Source: Verrucomicrobiota bacterium (GTDB lineage: Bacteria > Verrucomicrobiota > Verrucomicrobiia > Limisphaerales > UBA1096). Taken from it: a stretch of DNA of 57,929 bases. The position numbers were made by a program, and so were the translations under genes. Shown in pieces: positions 34,299 through 44,257 of this stretch (the stretch's first letter is position 1; each line of letters starts with the position of its first letter). Below the pieces are notes generated by a model, which did no database searches, was not told where the DNA came from, and saw only the letters and a program-made list of their open reading frames with translations. The DNA is taken from contig JAYZHR010000147.1 in the NCBI GenBank assembly GCA_036166355.1, positions 1-57,929 on the forward strand, in the 5' to 3' direction.

Positions 34299-35569
34299 AG
34301 AGATTTTCCAAGTATTGTTTCACAGAGTTCCATGGCAGAGTTAAATGCATCCTCATGGAATCCGTATTTAAAGTAGCTTCCGCAAAAGTAAATTGTTTGT
34401 GATTTGGATTTTCGATTAAGTAGCTTTAGTTCAGGCTGTGCATTAACAGCGGCTGCATCAAACAATGGGTGTTCAAAATCAACTTTTTTTATAATTGAAT
34501 CAGGATTGATTTCTTCTTCGCCGTTAATATTTACAAAATAATTAATGTTTTCAGATACATTCTGAAGGTTGTTCATCCAGTATATTGTTCTTGGTAGGAT
34601 TTTTCCATTAGATGCCAGTTTCATTCGATAGTTCCAAGATGCCCAGCATAATTCGTTACTTGGCATTACTGTTGAGTCAGTATGCAGGATGCCGGTGTTC
34701 TTCTGGTATTTGAATTTTTTCAAGATTTTAAATTCTTCAGGTGCATCTGAATTTAAAAGTGATAATGACTGATCCGCGTGGCTTGCTAAAATGACCTTGT
34801 CGAATTTTTGGCTATTACCGTCATTAAAGTATACTGTTGCTTGTTTGTTGTCTGGTACAATTCTTTCTACTGTATTGCCGGTTTGTATACGATTTTCAAA
34901 AGGCTTAATTAGGCGTTTTACATATTCTCGTGAACCGCCATCAGGCGTGAGCCATTGGTGTTGAGTTTTCATGCCTAGGAAACCGTGATTATGGAAAAAA
35001 CGCAGGAGCGTTGTAGCCGGAAAATTTAGCATTAATTCAGGAGGGGAAGACCATATGGCCGAACTCATTGGAGTTATGTAGAGATTTAGAAAATCGTCGC
35101 CATAATTCATTTCACTCACATACTCGTGTAGGGTCAAAGAATCATACTTTCCTGATTCCAAAGCGTTTATGGCCTCGGAGTTGAATTTGTTAATCTTTAG
35201 TAGCATTTTCCAATGCTTTAACTTAAATAGGTTTTTACGTTGGCCAAATAGATGGTTCAAACTAGAGCCGCAATACTCAAGATTATTTGGTAAATGTTGA
35301 ACACTAAAGGACATATTTGATTTTTTATATGGCACATTAAGTTTGTCAAATAAACGGGTAAGATTGGGGTAGGTCTCCTTGTTAAAAACCATAAAACCCA
35401 TATCAATAGGGATTTTTTTCTTATCTTCAATCGCTTCTGCTGTAAGTGAATGGCCTCCTATATGTTGATTTTTATCAAATAAAAATACGTCAAAATATTT
35501 ATGAAGAAAATAGCCGCATGTCATCCCTGCTATGCCTGTCCCAATGATTGCCAGTTTGGGCTTCGTCAT
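34289..35569 (-). CDS. NAD/FAD-binding oxidoreductase (amine-oxidase/desaturase-like)
   Basis: The 426-aa ORF has the N-terminal dinucleotide fold KLAIIGTGIAGMTCGYFL...FDKNQHIGGH. Confidence 0.85.
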   Translation of the reverse strand: MTKPKLAIIGTGIAGMTCGYFLHKYFDVFLFDKNQHIGGHSLTAEAIEDKKKIPIDMGFMVFNKETYPNLTRLFDKLNVPYKKSNMSFSVQHLPNNLEYCGSSLNHLFGQRKNLFKLKHWKMLLKINKFNSEAINALESGKYDSLTLHEYVSEMNYGDDFLNLYITPMSSAIWSSPPELMLNFPATTLLRFFHNHGFLGMKTQHQWLTPDGGSREYVKRLIKPFENRIQTGNTVERIVPDNKQATVYFNDGNSQKFDKVILASHADQSLSLLNSDAPEEFKILKKFKYQKNTGILHTDSTVMPSNELCWASWNYRMKLASNGKILPRTIYWMNNLQNVSENINYFVNINGEEEINPDSIIKKVDFEHPLFDAAAVNAQPELKLLNRKSKSQTIYFCGSYFKYGFHEDAFNSAMELCETILGKSLWN

Positions 35570-36498
35570 TATAAATTATCTTTACGACCTTCATCCAAGA
35601 CGCGCTGAGGCACAGGTTTGAGGTCGTATATTAGCCCGCACATGGCCATTAGTCTTAGCCCGTAATATGTGGGATCTATTTCCCACCAGTAAAAGCCTTG
35701 TCTTGTGGAGTGCATATAATAGTGATGGTTGTTGTGCCATCCTTCGCCCAGTGTAATCAAAGATAGCAAGAAATTGTTTCGGCTATGATCGCCTGTCTTG
35801 AAACGTTGTTTCCCATATATATGAGATAGTGAATTAATAGTAGAGGTTCCATGTAACAGTAGTGTTGTGCTGATAAAAAATCCCCATACTACTAACTGCC
35901 AACCGCTTGTTTCCAAGATGGGCCAGTTTGAGGAAATCCATTCTCCAAAAAAATAAAGACCAAAAGCCATTATAGCTGGAATTAGTTTGTTGAGTCGGTT
36001 TAAAAAGACCAATTCAGGATACTTGGCAAAGTCTCTTATTTGATCATAGTCTGTAGCGAAGTTTTTTTTGCTAGCAATCCAGCCAATATGCGACCAAAGA
36101 AAACTATTTGTGTGAGGAGAGTGGACGTCTTGAACAGTATCTGATTCCCGATGGTGTTTTCTATGATGAGAAGCCCACCAAAGTGCGCCTCTTTGTAGCG
36201 CAGTTGATGCAAAAGCGGCAAAAAAGAATTGCATCAATCGTGATGTTTTAAAGGTTCGATGTGAGAAATAACGATGTAGAAATCCTGTAATTGCAAACAT
36301 TCTTGAAAAATAAAGAAATAACGCCAATGAAATGGCAAACCAGCTCCATCCAACCCATATTATTCCCAGACACCCAAAGTGAATAAAAAACAGAGAAAAA
36401 CATCGTGCCGCATCTAGCCCGTCTTCATCCTTATTATTGTTATTTGTTTGAAAATCGGAATAAAAAGATTGAATGGCTGATTTGAAGTTCAGTTTCAT
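35569..36498 (-). CDS. Membrane acyl-CoA/acyl-lipid desaturase (Delta9, stearoyl-CoA-desaturase-like)
   Basis: The 309-aa ORF has three histidine boxes: HRYFSH, HRKHH and HNNHH. TM segments are present. Confidence 0.9.
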   Translation of the reverse strand: MKLNFKSAIQSFYSDFQTNNNNKDEDGLDAARCFSLFFIHFGCLGIIWVGWSWFAISLALFLYFSRMFAITGFLHRYFSHRTFKTSRLMQFFFAAFASTALQRGALWWASHHRKHHRESDTVQDVHSPHTNSFLWSHIGWIASKKNFATDYDQIRDFAKYPELVFLNRLNKLIPAIMAFGLYFFGEWISSNWPILETSGWQLVVWGFFISTTLLLHGTSTINSLSHIYGKQRFKTGDHSRNNFLLSLITLGEGWHNNHHYYMHSTRQGFYWWEIDPTYYGLRLMAMCGLIYDLKPVPQRVLDEGRKDNL

Positions 36499-36503
36499 TA
36501 ATA

Positions 36504-36701
36504 TTATTTCTTGAACTTGTCACAATGAATGGCGGCTTTTTCACCAATTTCTGATCTGGCATTAAGATCCTCTAATGTTTCTACATGCGTTACCTTTCGG
36601 AAGCATACTAAACAAAGTGCAAGATGGGATTCACCGGACTTTTCAAGGTTAGTCCAATCTTTCGGGCAATTATCTTCAGAGCAATTTGCGACTCTAATCA
36701 T
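36504..36701 (-). CDS. 65-aa Cys-rich miniprotein (possible zinc ribbon)
   Basis: The ATG is at 36701. The ORF lies 22 nt after the gpx stop and 5 nt before the desaturase start. It has CxxxxC (CSEDNC), CxxC (CLVC) and a distal C. No family was recognised. Confidence 0.5.
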   Translation of the reverse strand: MIRVANCSEDNCPKDWTNLEKSGESHLALCLVCFRKVTHVETLEDLNARSEIGEKAAIHCDKFKK

Positions 36702-36723
36702 TTTTTATGAAATGGAGTTTTTG

Positions 36724-37212
36724 TTACTGATTTAGCATTTTTTCCAATGCATTAAGGACTCGTTTTGATGTTGGTTTAGTGAATGGAGCAAATCGTTCGG
36801 CAACCTCTCCAGATCTATTAATCAAAAATTTTGAGAAGTTCCATAATATTCGCCCTCCATATTTATTGTGATTTGTTAGGTGTTCATACAGTGGATGCAT
36901 TTCCTTACCCTTAACTTTTACTTTGGAAAACATCGGAAAAGTTACTTTATAATTTAAACTACAGAATTTTTGGATATCTGAATCTGTTCCGGGCTCTTGT
37001 TTGCCGAAATCGTTAGAAGGAAAGCCGCACACTACTAGTCCTCTTGGAGAAAACTTTTCATATAGTTCCTGTAGTCCAGAGTATTGAGATGTAAAACCAC
37101 ATTTTGAAGCAACATTCACTATCAAAAGAACTTTGCCTGAATATTTATCTAGGCTCCTTTTTGTGCCAGTAATGTCAGTGACAGTGATGGTGTAGATATT
37201 TGGAGACATCAT
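36724..37212 (-). CDS. gpx: Glutathione peroxidase (Cys type)
   Basis: The 162-aa ORF has VNVASKCGFT (peroxidatic Cys encoded by TGT at 37099..37101), FPSNDFGKQEPG and WNFSKFL. Confidence 0.95.
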   Translation of the reverse strand: MMSPNIYTITVTDITGTKRSLDKYSGKVLLIVNVASKCGFTSQYSGLQELYEKFSPRGLVVCGFPSNDFGKQEPGTDSDIQKFCSLNYKVTFPMFSKVKVKGKEMHPLYEHLTNHNKYGGRILWNFSKFLINRSGEVAERFAPFTKPTSKRVLNALEKMLNQ

Positions 37213-37241
37213 TTAAACTATCTCTATTTCATAGGATTCGG

Positions 37242-39143
37242 TCAATTTTTGAAGATCTCCAAAAAGGAGTTACATGAGAATGCTACAAACATTGCTAAAT
37301 CTTTATCGCCTGGAAGTACTACGGTGGCTGGGGTTTCTGGAGGTCTTATTTTTAAGGATCGCTCCAATGCCTTTTCCATTGCGGGTTTAGCATTAGTTGC
37401 CTTCTCGCCTAGCAGTTCAATTGTCCGCGCAGCATGGGTGACAACGATTAAATTTTTATGATTGAGTGCATCTATTAAAATAGGCACAGCAAATGTTAAA
37501 TCGTCGTGGATAGCTAGTGCATTAGCGATTTCAATACGTGCAGCAAAGGATGAATCGTTGAGCTTGGTTTTTAGAATGTTCTTGGCTTTGTTTGAGAGTT
37601 TGGTTTTTGCTGCTAGCCCAATTGCTCCCCAATAGCGTATAGCTGGATTTTCTGAATTGATATTATTTAATAATTCAGACTCATTTGAAGTGCCAACTTG
37701 TGCTGCTGCAGTTCTAATTTCTTTTAATGGAATATTTCCGCCTTGCCCAAGCTCCCAGCCTGTTAGTTCGCTAAACTTTGTCCAAGCTTCGCTTTCAGGT
37801 AAAAAGCCAAGATCGGCCGTTTCATTGACGTGACGGACATGTTCAGATCTTAATCTAAGTAATACTTTTTGGTGTTTTGTTGAGTTTACAAGGTTCTTCA
37901 AGTTCTGAGGATCCTTCTCGCAGTCGTATAGTTCTTCTGTGGGGCGATTTGGCCCTGCGAAATGCCATTGTTCTGGGGTCATCTTTCCCTCTTTAGCCAT
38001 ACGATAAAATTCGTGACGAATTTCACCTTTATCAGGCCAAGCAGTTGGTTGGTTGTATCCCAAATGAGGCATGTAATTCCGAATATAAAGATATTTATGA
38101 TCTCTAACAGAGCGTGCGAGATCACGGACTTCATCCACGCGATCACGGTGGCCATAAACATAACGACGTTTCAATTTGGTTTTTGGCCCGAGGAACGATT
38201 TGCCTTGCATAATATCAGGTATCAAAATGCCACTAATTTCAAGGATACTGGGAGCAAAGTCCACGAAACTGACAAGTTGATCAGAAACGCTGCCAGGTTT
38301 AGTTGGTGCAAGGTGTTGCCACTTTTTTGGGAAATGAATTATTAAGGGGACATGCATTCCGCTATCTAATAGTGCTCTCTTATGCCGAGGCATTCCACTT
38401 CCATGATCACTGAAGAAAAAGATAATTGTATTTTCGTTAAGGCTATCATCCTTGAGTTGTTTCAAAATCATTCCGACTTGAATATCCATTGCTGTTACGC
38501 AGTCGTAAAAACGAGCTACCTCGCGACGAATCAGCGGTGTGTCTGGATAGTACGCGGGTAATGGTGCCTTCAGTGGATCATGTATTTCTCCAGGTGGTAT
38601 CGTGCTTTGAATCTCTTTCTTGAATCGCTTGTAAGGCCAAACCATTGATCGGCTCTGGTGGGAAGTCATCAAGTTAAATACACTGAAAAAGGGTTGTGCT
38701 TTATCAGTCCGATTACGCCAATGTGCTGAATTGCTATTTTCATTCCAAGAAGCTTCAATTATTTCCGCGTAGTTGCCAGTGTTATAATCGGTCTTTACGT
38801 TGTTTGTTGTGTAATATCCACTGTTACGAAGCAATGCTGGAAAACCGCGCATCTGCTTTGGTATGGAAAAGCCCGATCGCATTTGTTGAGTCGAAAGTGA
38901 AGTTGGGTAACATCCTGTTATGAGGCATGATCTTGAAGGGGAGCAGACTGGAGCATTTGCAAATGCATTAGTGTATAGGACACTTTCTTTTGCTAGTTTA
39001 TCAATATTTGGTGTGGTAGCAAAAGTATCCCCATAGCATCCAAGTGTGGGGCTCATATCCTCTGCAGTGATCCAGAGGATGTTAGGTCGTTCAACAGCTT
39101 GTAAAACAACACAATATCCTAGTAACAATAATAATAAACGCAC
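37242..39143 (-). CDS. Exported sulfatase fused to a C-terminal HEAT-repeat domain
   Basis: The 633-aa ORF has a signal peptide, PNILWITAED, and the FGly motif C-S-P-S-R in VCSPSRSCLITG. The last roughly 150 aa carry HEAT-like repeats (NPAIRYWGAIGLA, FAARIEIANALA, VVTHAARTIELLG). Confidence 0.9.
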   Translation of the reverse strand: MRLLLLLLGYCVVLQAVERPNILWITAEDMSPTLGCYGDTFATTPNIDKLAKESVLYTNAFANAPVCSPSRSCLITGCYPTSLSTQQMRSGFSIPKQMRGFPALLRNSGYYTTNNVKTDYNTGNYAEIIEASWNENSNSAHWRNRTDKAQPFFSVFNLMTSHQSRSMVWPYKRFKKEIQSTIPPGEIHDPLKAPLPAYYPDTPLIRREVARFYDCVTAMDIQVGMILKQLKDDSLNENTIIFFFSDHGSGMPRHKRALLDSGMHVPLIIHFPKKWQHLAPTKPGSVSDQLVSFVDFAPSILEISGILIPDIMQGKSFLGPKTKLKRRYVYGHRDRVDEVRDLARSVRDHKYLYIRNYMPHLGYNQPTAWPDKGEIRHEFYRMAKEGKMTPEQWHFAGPNRPTEELYDCEKDPQNLKNLVNSTKHQKVLLRLRSEHVRHVNETADLGFLPESEAWTKFSELTGWELGQGGNIPLKEIRTAAAQVGTSNESELLNNINSENPAIRYWGAIGLAAKTKLSNKAKNILKTKLNDSSFAARIEIANALAIHDDLTFAVPILIDALNHKNLIVVTHAARTIELLGEKATNAKPAMEKALERSLKIRPPETPATVVLPGDKDLAMFVAFSCNSFLEIFKN

Positions 39144-39237
39144 GGCTAATTTTTAACTGCACACGATTAAAATGGCAAATCGTTGTAACTGTAATCATGT
39201 TCTTACGTTCTTGTCGGTTTCATTTGTCTAAGCGATT

Positions 39238-42200
39238 ATGTGGGCGGTGCATCCAAATAGAATATTTTTTGTGTTTATTGTTTTGTTAGTGGGAACGCTT
39301 TTTCTCAGTGCAAAAGAGGCTTTTGTGATGCAAGAGAAATTTCAGAAAGATATCAAACCATTACTAAGTAGGTATTGCTTTGATTGTCATGGAAGTGAAA
39401 AGGCAAAGGCTGGAATTCGAGTTGATTATCTTGATGGTTCTTTGCCTGACAAAGAGGTTAGGCATTGGCAGGAAATTAGGAAACAATTAAGCAAGGAGGA
39501 GATGCCGCCGGAGGATGAGGTTCAGCCAACTAAGGACGAACGGTTTTCAATAGTGAATTGGATTGATGAGGCATTGGTTATGGCTCGAAAACGAGTTCGG
39601 CCGAAGAATGGGGGAGTCAGGCGGTTAACTGTATCGCAATACCGCAATACGATCAGAGATTTATTGGGTATCGAAGAGAACTTAACAAGAGTTCTTCCTC
39701 CGGATGCAATATCTCGTGACGGATTCTTGAATAATGAGCGAACAATGCTTCTCTCTCCGTTATTGGTAGAGGCGTATTTTGAGATTGCTGAACGCGCATT
39801 GAATTTGGCGATTGTTAATGAAAGTGTTAAGCCAGTAATACAAAATTTTCGGATGAATCTTGGTAGAAAGATTAACCCAAAGCCATGCCCGGATAATCTT
39901 ATTCTTGGAGCGAACAGTCTGCTGCTAGCCAATGAAGATTTTTTGGTGCAACAACTGATGCCAGAAAAATCTTTTGATTTTACTTTATTCAATATGCGAA
40001 CACAGTGGAGATTTAATGAAGGATATAGGGGGAATGATACTGTGCGAGGTTGGCGAGAGTATGACAGTATTTATCATGCGGTATTTGCATGTATGCGTGG
40101 AACGACTGGTTATCCTCAGGGTAGGGCGCCTTACAATATAGTGCCTGAGGGTTTATTGTTACGGCCTGCGATTCCGAGTGAAGAAATATGGGAGGTAGAC
40201 AGTACATATGGACCCCGTGCCAATTTTAAGATCTCTCTACGTGAGTTGCCAAAGTATGGCCGTTTTCGAGTTAAGGTGAAGGCTGCAAAATATGACGATG
40301 CCCTTTTGTTGCCACATCGTAGTCCATCGGCTGATCTGTCAGAATCCACAATGAATATGACAGACTTAAAAGGGGTTAAAACCATTAATATTGAGAAATC
40401 AGGAATCTATCAGGTGGATATTTATCCTCAGCCGATGATTCCCCAATCGATTTCAGCGAATGGTTCACGATTGAACGAGAAGCTTGTCGGTTTTTGGGAT
40501 TTGGATGGTAATGCCGAAAGTTCAAATAAGAAAAAAGAGCTAAATGGTATATTGGCAGGTAATGCGCGATATGTTGATTCACCGATTGGAGAAGGAAGCC
40601 AAGCTATATTTCTAGACGGGGATGGCGATGCGGTCATTGTGCCTCGTGATAAATTAATGGATGTTGGAAGTGGTGAGTTTACCGTGGCGGCTTGGATTAA
40701 GCCTAATGAATTAAGGCAGGCCGGTATTATCTGTCTTGGTAAATACAATTGGACACATGGTTGGTATTTTGACATGCCTGATAACAAAGGGGTTCTGCGT
40801 ATAGAAACTTCTAATCCGGATAATCAATCTAATGGTACAGTGGCATCTCGACCAGGAGTGATTCGTTTGAACCAATGGCAGCATGTTGCGGCAGTTGTTC
40901 GTCGAGGAGAAAACAAAACCCGACTGTACGTTAATGGCTTTGAGGTTGCTATTGGGACAATTCAGCCGCGTATTTTGGATAATCCGAAAGTGGATTTACA
41001 CATTGGGAGAATTCAAGACTCTCAGCAGTTTAAGGGTGAGATTGACGAGGTGAGATTCTATAGCCGTGCACTCGATGTGGCTGAGTTGAAGGCCTTGCTA
41101 AAGCCGGGAGAGCGTTTTGTTAAAGCGCCTCCAGTAAAAGAGGAGGATTTAAAATTACAAATTGGTGGACGTCAATTTGATGCCAAGTGGCGTCAACCTG
41201 CTTTTTCGGTTTTGCGATTATCGGCTGGACTGAAGAAGTTTGGCGTGAGCTATGCCGGAGGGCATACTCCTCACCGTGTAGTGTTTTCGATGGTTCCGGA
41301 GGAAAGTGATTTGGCTAAGCGTTTTAATAAATTTGAAAAACGATCGCCATGGTTGGGTGTTCATATGGGTTTAAGGCGTGATTGTGGGAGTACATTTTCA
41401 TCAGTACAAAAACCTATTGAAGTTAAGAATAAAGAGTTGGAGGAATTTATTTTTGAAGGTGCCATAAATAATTATCCGAGTGATGATGTGCAGCCTGAGA
41501 ATGATAATTATCTTGCTGGCATTAGGGAAATTGGAGTGCGTAGTGAGTATACAGATGGGCGAGAACGTCCTCGTTTGTGGATTAAGTCTGTGGAGTTTGA
41601 AGGTCCTTATTATGAAGATTGGCCATCAATCACACACCGGAGAATTTTTATTGATTCGATTAACAAGAGTCGGCCAGAGATATACTCTTTAGAGATAGTA
41701 AGGCAATTTGCAGCTCGGGCTTTTCGTAGGCCGCTTACGAAGACTGAGGAAACTTCACTGATGAATGTTTGGAAGAGTGCATATGTAGAAACTAATGATT
41801 TTATTCATAGCATTAAGGAAACGTTACTTATCGTTTTAACTTCTCCACAGTTTTTGTTTCTTATAGAGAAAAGTGACAGTCCGGAACCGGAACCAATCAC
41901 TGAATTCGAGTTAGCATCAAAGCTTTCTTATTTTTTATGGAACACTTCTCCTGATTTGCGACTACGCGATCTTGCTGCTGAAGGTAAACTAAATGACGTG
42001 CTTGATAACGAAATAACACGTATGATTTATGATGATAGATTCGGGCAGTTTGTCGAAGAGTTTGCTTCGCAGTGGTTGAGTTTAGATAAATTCGATGTCG
42101 TTGAGATGGATCGTAAACGTTATCCTGGCCTCACGCGCAATAGACGACTACATCTTCGCCGTGAGCCAATAGAGTCACTTAAATATATTATTCGTAAAAA

Positions 42201-42882
42201 TCTGCCTGCTCGAAACCTTATACAATCAGATTTCATTGTCGCCAACGAGATCGTTGCAGGTTACTACGGTTTAGCTTCTCAGATCGAAAGTGGTTTTAAT
42301 TTTGCCCCTTTAGTTCATCACCGTAATCATCTTGGTGGGTTGCTTTCACAAGCGAGTATCCTTGCAGGTCTTTCGGATGGTCGTGATGCTAATCCTGTTA
42401 AACGTGGAGCTTGGATTGCTCGAAAAATTGTTGCTGAACCGCCTGATGACCCTCCGCCGAATGTTCCTGGGTTAGAGGAAATCGATCAAAAGCTTGCACT
42501 TAGTGAGCGTCTTGCTCTTCATCGAGATCATAAAGGGTGTGCAGGTTGTCACTCTGGTATCGATCCTTGGGGATTGCCACTTGAACAGTTCGATGCAGGA
42601 GGACTCTTTAATCCAGATAGCATGCAAGGTCGTGTTAAATTGCCTGATGAGACTGAGGTTTCTGACTATGCTGAATTACGTTTGTATCTTGCCGATTCAC
42701 GGATGGATCGCGTGGTTTTTAGTTTCTTGAAGCATATGGCCACTTATGCCGCTGGGCGTACTTTGACTTATAATGAACTTGTGTTTCTTGAGGAACAGGG
42801 CCTTACTTTCCGTAAGAGCGATTACCAAATGCAAGATTTACTGCGTTTGGTAATTCGAAGTGACATATTTTTGAAAAAATAA
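39238..42882 (+). CDS. PVC-type DUF1592/DUF1588/DUF1595-family protein with N-terminal CxxCH domain and an internal LamG-like domain
   Basis: The 1214-aa ORF has CFDCHG near the N-terminus. A LamG/concanavalin-like block is present ([11 protein letters not shown]...[24 protein letters not shown]...[13 protein letters not shown]). The C-terminal region has [19 protein letters not shown]. Confidence 0.85.
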   Translation: MWAVHPNRIFFVFIVLLVGTLFLSAKEAFVMQEKFQKDIKPLLSRYCFDCHGSEKAKAGIRVDYLDGSLPDKEVRHWQEIRKQLSKEEMPPEDEVQPTKDERFSIVNWIDEALVMARKRVRPKNGGVRRLTVSQYRNTIRDLLGIEENLTRVLPPDAISRDGFLNNERTMLLSPLLVEAYFEIAERALNLAIVNESVKPVIQNFRMNLGRKINPKPCPDNLILGANSLLLANEDFLVQQLMPEKSFDFTLFNMRTQWRFNEGYRGNDTVRGWREYDSIYHAVFACMRGTTGYPQGRAPYNIVPEGLLLRPAIPSEEIWEVDSTYGPRANFKISLRELPKYGRFRVKVKAAKYDDALLLPHRSPSADLSESTMNMTDLKGVKTINIEKSGIYQVDIYPQPMIPQSISANGSRLNEKLVGFWDLDGNAESSNKKKELNGILAGNARYVDSPIGEGSQAIFLDGDGDAVIVPRDKLMDVGSGEFTVAAWIKPNELRQAGIICLGKYNWTHGWYFDMPDNKGVLRIETSNPDNQSNGTVASRPGVIRLNQWQHVAAVVRRGENKTRLYVNGFEVAIGTIQPRILDNPKVDLHIGRIQDSQQFKGEIDEVRFYSRALDVAELKALLKPGERFVKAPPVKEEDLKLQIGGRQFDAKWRQPAFSVLRLSAGLKKFGVSYAGGHTPHRVVFSMVPEESDLAKRFNKFEKRSPWLGVHMGLRRDCGSTFSSVQKPIEVKNKELEEFIFEGAINNYPSDDVQPENDNYLAGIREIGVRSEYTDGRERPRLWIKSVEFEGPYYEDWPSITHRRIFIDSINKSRPEIYSLEIVRQFAARAFRRPLTKTEETSLMNVWKSAYVETNDFIHSIKETLLIVLTSPQFLFLIEKSDSPEPEPITEFELASKLSYFLWNTSPDLRLRDLAAEGKLNDVLDNEITRMIYDDRFGQFVEEFASQWLSLDKFDVVEMDRKRYPGLTRNRRLHLRREPIESLKYIIRKNLPARNLIQSDFIVANEIVAGYYGLASQIESGFNFAPLVHHRNHLGGLLSQASILAGLSDGRDANPVKRGAWIARKIVAEPPDDPPPNVPGLEEIDQKLALSERLALHRDHKGCAGCHSGIDPWGLPLEQFDAGGLFNPDSMQGRVKLPDETEVSDYAELRLYLADSRMDRVVFSFLKHMATYAAGRTLTYNELVFLEEQGLTFRKSDYQMQDLLRLVIRSDIFLKK

Positions 42883-42886
42883 AGCC

Positions 42887-44227
42887 ATGAGCCAAACTTT
42901 TAAACTTGATAGGCGGGCATTTTTGAAGGGTACAGCAGGGGCTACTCTTGCTTTACCGGTTTTGGAAGCAATGGGCAAAGAGGTGTTCGAAGGACTGCCT
43001 CGGCGTTTTTGTGCGCTTTATACGGCTAACGGTATGTCATTGCCACAAGCAAAGCATGGAATTGATGAATGGAGTTGGTTTCCTCGCCTTGAAAAAGATG
43101 GACAATTTATTTTTGGTAAATCAACTGAGGCGCTTTCTTCTTTTCGGGATCGTCTAAGCTTTTTAGGCGGATTGTATCATCCCAATGGACCCAAATCTGA
43201 TCCGCATGTGTGTTCTGATATGTGGCTTACTGGTGCACCTTTGCAGGATCCAAACAGGGAAGTATACAATAGTGTGGCGCTAGATCAGTTAATAGCCAAA
43301 CACACAAAACATTTTTGTCGTCAACCTTCATTGGTAATGTCTGTGGATGCTGGGGTTGGGTTTCTGTCACGAACCGGAACAATCTCCTACAGTCTAAATG
43401 GCAAGCCGATTCCTGCAGAGAATAATCCTCGTCAGATTTTCAACCGTCTTTTTAGTAATGATCGATCATCGTTGGAAAACAAGCGTGATAGGATCAAGCA
43501 CCGAATTAAGCTTGTTGATGCTGTTCTTGAAAATGCCCGGTCCCTCAATAGGAGACTTGGTAAATCCGATCGAGAAAAAATGGATCAGTACCTTACTTCG
43601 CTCAATGAAGTAGAGGAACGCCTAGTTGCTTCTGAGAAGTGGACTGATATTCCGCTTAAGATACAGGACTATTCGCACCTTAATTTAGATGCAAATTCAG
43701 GGAGCGATCCTGGCGAATACTATCGAACTATGTTTGATCTTATTGCTCTAGCCTTTGACGCTGATATTACCCGAAGTGTTGCTTTTATGCTTAATCGTGA
43801 AGATGGAATGGGGATAAGTGATACATTTCCGATTAAGCTTGGGATTGATCGTACTCATCACAATCTTTCCCATGCACAAGACAAGGATGGTCAGCTTAAA
43901 TTTGCAAAGTATGATCAGTTTCTTACAGAGCAGCTTGTATATTTCTTTAATCGATTACAGGGCTATAAGGATAGAAAAGGCACCCTTCTTGACAATTCTA
44001 TCGTTCTTTATGGTTCTGGTGCGAGTACCACACATATGCCAAAAAACCTACCGACTTTAGTAGCTGGAGGAAAAAATATGGGGCTTAAGCATGGTCAATA
44101 CTGGCGTGATGGAGAAACTCAAATGTCTAATATTTTTCTTAGTATATTGCACAGTATGGGCATTGAAGAGGAACGTTTTGCTGACAGTTCCATGACTGGG
44201 GCTAGAGAGATATTTTCGAATGCTTAG
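42887..44227 (+). CDS. DUF1552-family protein (usual partner of DUF1592 proteins), Tat signal
   Basis: The 446-aa ORF has the twin-arginine signal [16 protein letters not shown]. It has the HxxSH motif HHNLSH. It starts 4 nt after the upstream gene. Confidence 0.85.
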   Translation: MSQTFKLDRRAFLKGTAGATLALPVLEAMGKEVFEGLPRRFCALYTANGMSLPQAKHGIDEWSWFPRLEKDGQFIFGKSTEALSSFRDRLSFLGGLYHPNGPKSDPHVCSDMWLTGAPLQDPNREVYNSVALDQLIAKHTKHFCRQPSLVMSVDAGVGFLSRTGTISYSLNGKPIPAENNPRQIFNRLFSNDRSSLENKRDRIKHRIKLVDAVLENARSLNRRLGKSDREKMDQYLTSLNEVEERLVASEKWTDIPLKIQDYSHLNLDANSGSDPGEYYRTMFDLIALAFDADITRSVAFMLNREDGMGISDTFPIKLGIDRTHHNLSHAQDKDGQLKFAKYDQFLTEQLVYFFNRLQGYKDRKGTLLDNSIVLYGSGASTTHMPKNLPTLVAGGKNMGLKHGQYWRDGETQMSNIFLSILHSMGIEEERFADSSMTGAREIFSNA

Positions 44228-44257
44228 TTCTTCTGATCCTGTTCGGTTTCGCTATTA

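Noticed and set aside
37099-37101. Possible selenocysteine (TGA) in the glutathione peroxidase active site
   Set aside because: The codon is TGT (Cys) in VASKCGFT, so there is no in-frame TGA and no need for a SECIS element.
39522-40787. 156-aa, 119-aa and smaller minus-strand ORFs
   Set aside because: They are antisense shadows inside the 1214-aa DUF1592-family gene, with no motifs and no plausible starts or SD sequences.
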